DNA from: an uncultured delta proteobacterium
GTDB lineage: Bacteria; Desulfobacterota; Binatia; UBA9968
Length of the DNA stretch: 64,000 nucleotides
NCBI GenBank assembly: GCA_963771465.1
Contig: CAVYTU010000008.1
Coordinates: 32,001 to 96,000 of the forward strand
Direction: 5' to 3'
Each line of letters opens with the position of its first letter. The first letter of the stretch is position 1. The notes under the pieces are model-generated. The model saw nothing but the letters and a program-made list of their open reading frames with translations, was not told the DNA's origin and searched no databases. Positions 60,934 to 64,000 of the stretch are shown piece after piece. A program made the position numbers and the translations under genes.

Positions 60934-61041
60934 AATGGAGAATGGAAAATTGATAATGGAGAATGTCGGAAGACCGTATCTGAAATCATATCCCCATAAT
61001 CGCATTCTCAATTCATCCGATCATCCATTTGGTCATTTTCC
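60934..61041. repeat. Second AATGGAN heptamer array with a degenerate inverted arm
   Basis: AATGGAG AATGGAA AATTGAT AATGGAG AATGTCGGA, nearly identical to the left arm at 52789. Confidence 0.7.
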
Positions 61042-61066
61042 CGCCTGTGTTCATAGTCTAAGTCCC

Positions 61067-62326
61067 ATGTTCAAAAAATTCACCGGACTTTTTTACGGCT
61101 GGCGCATGGTCGCGGCTTCGGCGGCAGTGCGTCTGCTCGGCGCCGGTTTGCATAGTTACGGATTCACCGTCTTCTTTCTGCCGCTCAGCCAAGAACTAAA
61201 ACTAAGCCGCACTGCGACTTCTTTCGCTTTCTCGCTCGCCCGCGCCGAAGGCGCCATCGAAGGGCCGATCGTCGGCCACTTGCTCGATCGCTACGGCCCG
61301 CGGCCGATCATGCTCACTGCGGTGGCGCTCATGGGCGTCGGCTATCTCTTGCTCTCGCAAGTAGAGAGCTACATCGCCTTCGTGATCGTCTACACCGTGT
61401 TGATCTCACTCGCCCACTCCGGCGGTTTCATGCACGCGCCGATGACTTTGACCAACAGCTGGTTCATTCGTTGGCGCGCTCGCGCCATGACCCTCAACAG
61501 CGCAGCCTACGGCCTGGGCGGCGTGCTGATTGCGCCGGTGCTGAGCATGATCGTCCACAGCTGGGGTTGGCGTTGGGGCGCGGCATTGGCGGGAATACTA
61601 TTTCTCGTGCTCGGCATTCCACTCTGCCTGACCATTCGCCGCTCACCCGAAAGCATGGGTTTACTACCCGACGGTGACAGCGAACCGGTAGCGCGCCACG
61701 AATCGGCGCATCAGAATCGCTCCAGCACCAGCGAAATCGACTTCACCGCCAAGCAGGCGATCCGCTCCTTCGCTTTTTGGGCGCTGGTATTCGGCGCGGG
61801 CGTGCGCAATGCGTCTTATCACGCGATTTCGACACACTTCATTCCAATGATGATCTGGAAAGGCATGAGTCCCCAACAGGCAACTTTTCTGCTCAGTTCG
61901 TTCGCTTTCCTCGGGTTTACCTCGACGATTCTGTTCGGCTGGCTCGCCGACAACGTCAACAAGCCGCGCATGGTATCACTGATTCTGTTCGGCGCCGGCA
62001 CGTCAATGTTGCTGCCGATCTTCGGCAACTCGATGGCGCCGCTGTGGCTTTTCACCCTGCTTTTCACGACGGTCGAAGCGACCTATCCGGTCGCATGGGC
62101 GATGGTCGGTGATATCTTCGGCCGCAAACACTTCGCGACCATCCGCGGTTACATGAGTATGTTTTACGTTTGGGGCAGCGTCATCGGTCCAGTCGTCACC
62201 GGCGCGATATGGGACACCTGGCATACCTACGAGCCGATGCTCTGGGGATTGATCGTGATGTTTTTTCTTTCGGGGGTTTTCTACAGCGTGCTCGGCAAAC
62301 CTTGGGTGCGGCCCAGGACGGATTAA
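61067..62326 (+). CDS. MFS transporter (OFA/MCT-like)
   Basis: FYGWRMV, DRYGPR, WFIRWRARA, PESMGLLPDG and FGRKHFATIRG motifs. Confidence 0.88.
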   Translation: MFKKFTGLFYGWRMVAASAAVRLLGAGLHSYGFTVFFLPLSQELKLSRTATSFAFSLARAEGAIEGPIVGHLLDRYGPRPIMLTAVALMGVGYLLLSQVESYIAFVIVYTVLISLAHSGGFMHAPMTLTNSWFIRWRARAMTLNSAAYGLGGVLIAPVLSMIVHSWGWRWGAALAGILFLVLGIPLCLTIRRSPESMGLLPDGDSEPVARHESAHQNRSSTSEIDFTAKQAIRSFAFWALVFGAGVRNASYHAISTHFIPMMIWKGMSPQQATFLLSSFAFLGFTSTILFGWLADNVNKPRMVSLILFGAGTSMLLPIFGNSMAPLWLFTLLFTTVEATYPVAWAMVGDIFGRKHFATIRGYMSMFYVWGSVIGPVVTGAIWDTWHTYEPMLWGLIVMFFLSGVFYSVLGKPWVRPRTD

Positions 62327-62333
62327 CGGCCGT

Positions 62334-62654
62334 TCATTTTATGTGAACGGCGAGCCAAATCGTTTCGTCACTCGTGCGCGCCACTCGATGCTTCACATGA
62401 CGCGGAATAGTTAAGTAGTCTCCCGGGTTCAACTCCACCATTGCGCCGTCGGCAAATTCTAAGCTGGCTTTGCCGCGCAGCACCATCACCCATTCGTCAT
62501 CGCCTTGATCGTACCAAAAACCTTCCGGACTGCTATGCGAATGCGAGACGATACGCTCGATCTTTGCGCCGGCATTCTCAAACAATGTGACAAACGATTC
62601 CCCGTCTCCTCCGGCAGGAAATTCAGGGAAAAGATTTTTGACGGCAATAACCAT
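62334..62654 (-). CDS. Cupin domain protein
   Basis: IERIVS..HSSPEGFWYDQ..DEWV and IPRHVKHRVART..ETIWLAVH motifs. Confidence 0.85.
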   Translation of the reverse strand: MVIAVKNLFPEFPAGGDGESFVTLFENAGAKIERIVSHSHSSPEGFWYDQGDDEWVMVLRGKASLEFADGAMVELNPGDYLTIPRHVKHRVARTSDETIWLAVHIK

Positions 62655-62661
62655 TGCCAGC

Positions 62662-63324
62662 TCACGAGCGCGCCCGGCGAATCGCCGGGACGTCGACGAT
62701 GCGCCGTTGGCCGCGCGGAGGAGGATTTTCGACTTCGCGGGCCATCGCGGTGACAAACTGCTCAATGGTCACCAGCCCCAAGCGTTCCGCCGTCGCCCGC
62801 GTCGCCGGAATCATCTCGGCAAGTTTGTAAAAGGGCTCTATCACTTTCGGCCACCAATGGCCGGGACCAAGAACGTACCAAGGTCGCACAATACTCGCGG
62901 TCAATCCGGCCTCGCGTATCATCGCCTCGCCCAGAGAACGCACCCAGAGATAGTGCGCCATTACCGGCGCCGGCTGCGCCACGCTGACATAGACAAGATG
63001 GGAAATCCCGACGCGCTTGGCCGCAGCCACAGTGCAGCGAACCGACATCAAATCGATGCGATCGAACTGATCCGCCTTGGTCGGACTTGGATGGGGCGTG
63101 CCGACGAGATGGACGACGGTGTCGTCCGGACGCAGCGCCACGGCAATGGAATCAGCGTTAAGGGCATCGCCAACGACAGGCAGCGCACCCGCCGGTACGC
63201 GATGAAGCGAACTCGCGCGCGCCAGCGCGCGCACGCGATGACCGCGTGACATCAACAACGGAATGAGATGCTGACCGATGTAACCGGTGCCGCCGGTGAC
63301 GAGAATATCAATCTGCGTTGCCAT
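62662..63324 (-). CDS. NAD(P)-binding epimerase / NmrA-like protein
   Basis: ILVTGGTGYIG, HLVGTPHPSP.K and RPWYVLGPGHWW motifs. Confidence 0.85.
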   Translation of the reverse strand: MATQIDILVTGGTGYIGQHLIPLLMSRGHRVRALARASSLHRVPAGALPVVGDALNADSIAVALRPDDTVVHLVGTPHPSPTKADQFDRIDLMSVRCTVAAAKRVGISHLVYVSVAQPAPVMAHYLWVRSLGEAMIREAGLTASIVRPWYVLGPGHWWPKVIEPFYKLAEMIPATRATAERLGLVTIEQFVTAMAREVENPPPRGQRRIVDVPAIRRARS

Positions 63325-63460
63325 TAGAATCAATTGAGAATGTGACCGATTGGACTATACAAGCAGCCGCGCAACTACGCTAACTCTCAGCACAGGTTTG
63401 TGAAATTTTCAAAGCTGTTGTACTCCTGCAAGAAGCCGGTTCGACGATTCTTGCCAAAAA

Positions 63461-64000
63461 ATGTTCACGCAACTTTCCGGACTCTTCTACGGCTGGCGCA
63501 TGGTCGCTACATCAGCGGCGCTGCGCGCCCTTGGCAGCGGGTTGCACAGCTTTGGCTTCACGATTTTTTTCCTGCCGCTTAGCCAAGATCTTAACTTGAG
63601 CCGCACCGCGACGTCGTTGGCATTTTCATTGGCGCGCGCCGAAGGCGCCATCGAAGGCCCGCTATTGGGTCACATCATCGATCGCCACGGGCCCAAACCA
63701 GTTATGTTCGTCGCCGTGTTGCTGATGGGTTCCGGCTACCTGCTGCTATCGACGGTCGACAGCTACACGATGTTCTTAGTCATCTATCTCGGCATGATTT
63801 CCTTGGCTCATGCCGGCGGCTTCATGCACGCGCCGATCGTGTTGGTCAACAGTTGGTTCATCCGCCAGCGGGCCCGCGCCATTACCATCAACAGCGCCGC
63901 CTTCAGTCTTGGCGGCGTGCTCATCGCGCCGCTGTTGAGCGCCATCGTTTTAACCCGGGGTTGGCGCTGGGGCGCGGCGTTCGCCGGCGTGATGTTTTTC
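63461..64000 (+). CDS. MFS transporter, partial; close paralog of 61067-62326
   Basis: MFTQLSGLFYGWRMV...SLARAEGAIEGP...GGFMHAP, open to the window end. Confidence 0.85.
   Translation, partial: MFTQLSGLFYGWRMVATSAALRALGSGLHSFGFTIFFLPLSQDLNLSRTATSLAFSLARAEGAIEGPLLGHIIDRHGPKPVMFVAVLLMGSGYLLLSTVDSYTMFLVIYLGMISLAHAGGFMHAPIVLVNSWFIRQRARAITINSAAFSLGGVLIAPLLSAIVLTRGWRWGAAFAGVMFF

Noticed and set aside
52789-61041. Short repeats as a CRISPR array
   Set aside because: Units are 7-9 bp in inverted arrangement with no regularly spaced unique spacers, and no cas genes are present.
60644-61066. 141-aa N-terminal extension on the MFS transporter
   Set aside because: It overlaps aroG in another frame and crosses the heptamer repeat; the paralog at 63461 supports the start at 61067.

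Overview
Chromosomal window from a GC-rich Gram-negative bacterium. Gene content and intergenic repeat style suggest Candidatus Binatia or a related deltaproteobacterial-type lineage; this is an inference. 1-20.5 kb: a PEP-CTERM/XrtA-type exopolysaccharide locus with two divergent sigma-54 two-component systems (PAS kinase plus NtrC-type regulator; PrsK/PrsR), two sigma-54 promoters and four TGT-N11-ACA boxes. 20.6-31 kb: a 1199-aa SecA with a very large helical insertion, a frameshifted murI, a spore-photoproduct-lyase-like radical SAM gene with a GT2 and an orphan gene, coxG, a TPR lytic transglycosylase and a PuuD-like gene. 31-42.5 kb: catabolic-type enzymes (alpha/beta hydrolase, VOC, divergent ICL/PEP-mutase, flavin reductase, solute-binding protein, dihydroxyphthalate-decarboxylase-like protein, dienelactone hydrolase, two tandem ThDP enzymes). 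42.6-64 kb: transporters, tatD, mscS, mutY, mtgA, a predicted exported UxxC selenoprotein with a SECIS-like hairpin just upstream of msrPQ, two TPR lipoproteins, a Tat-signal msrB, asnS, an AroG-type DAHP synthase and duplicated MFS genes. Several families of short palindromic or heptamer intergenic repeats are present. Multiple single-base frameshifts, including three in murI, point to assembly indel errors. I recognised no rRNA, tRNA, CRISPR array or transposase.
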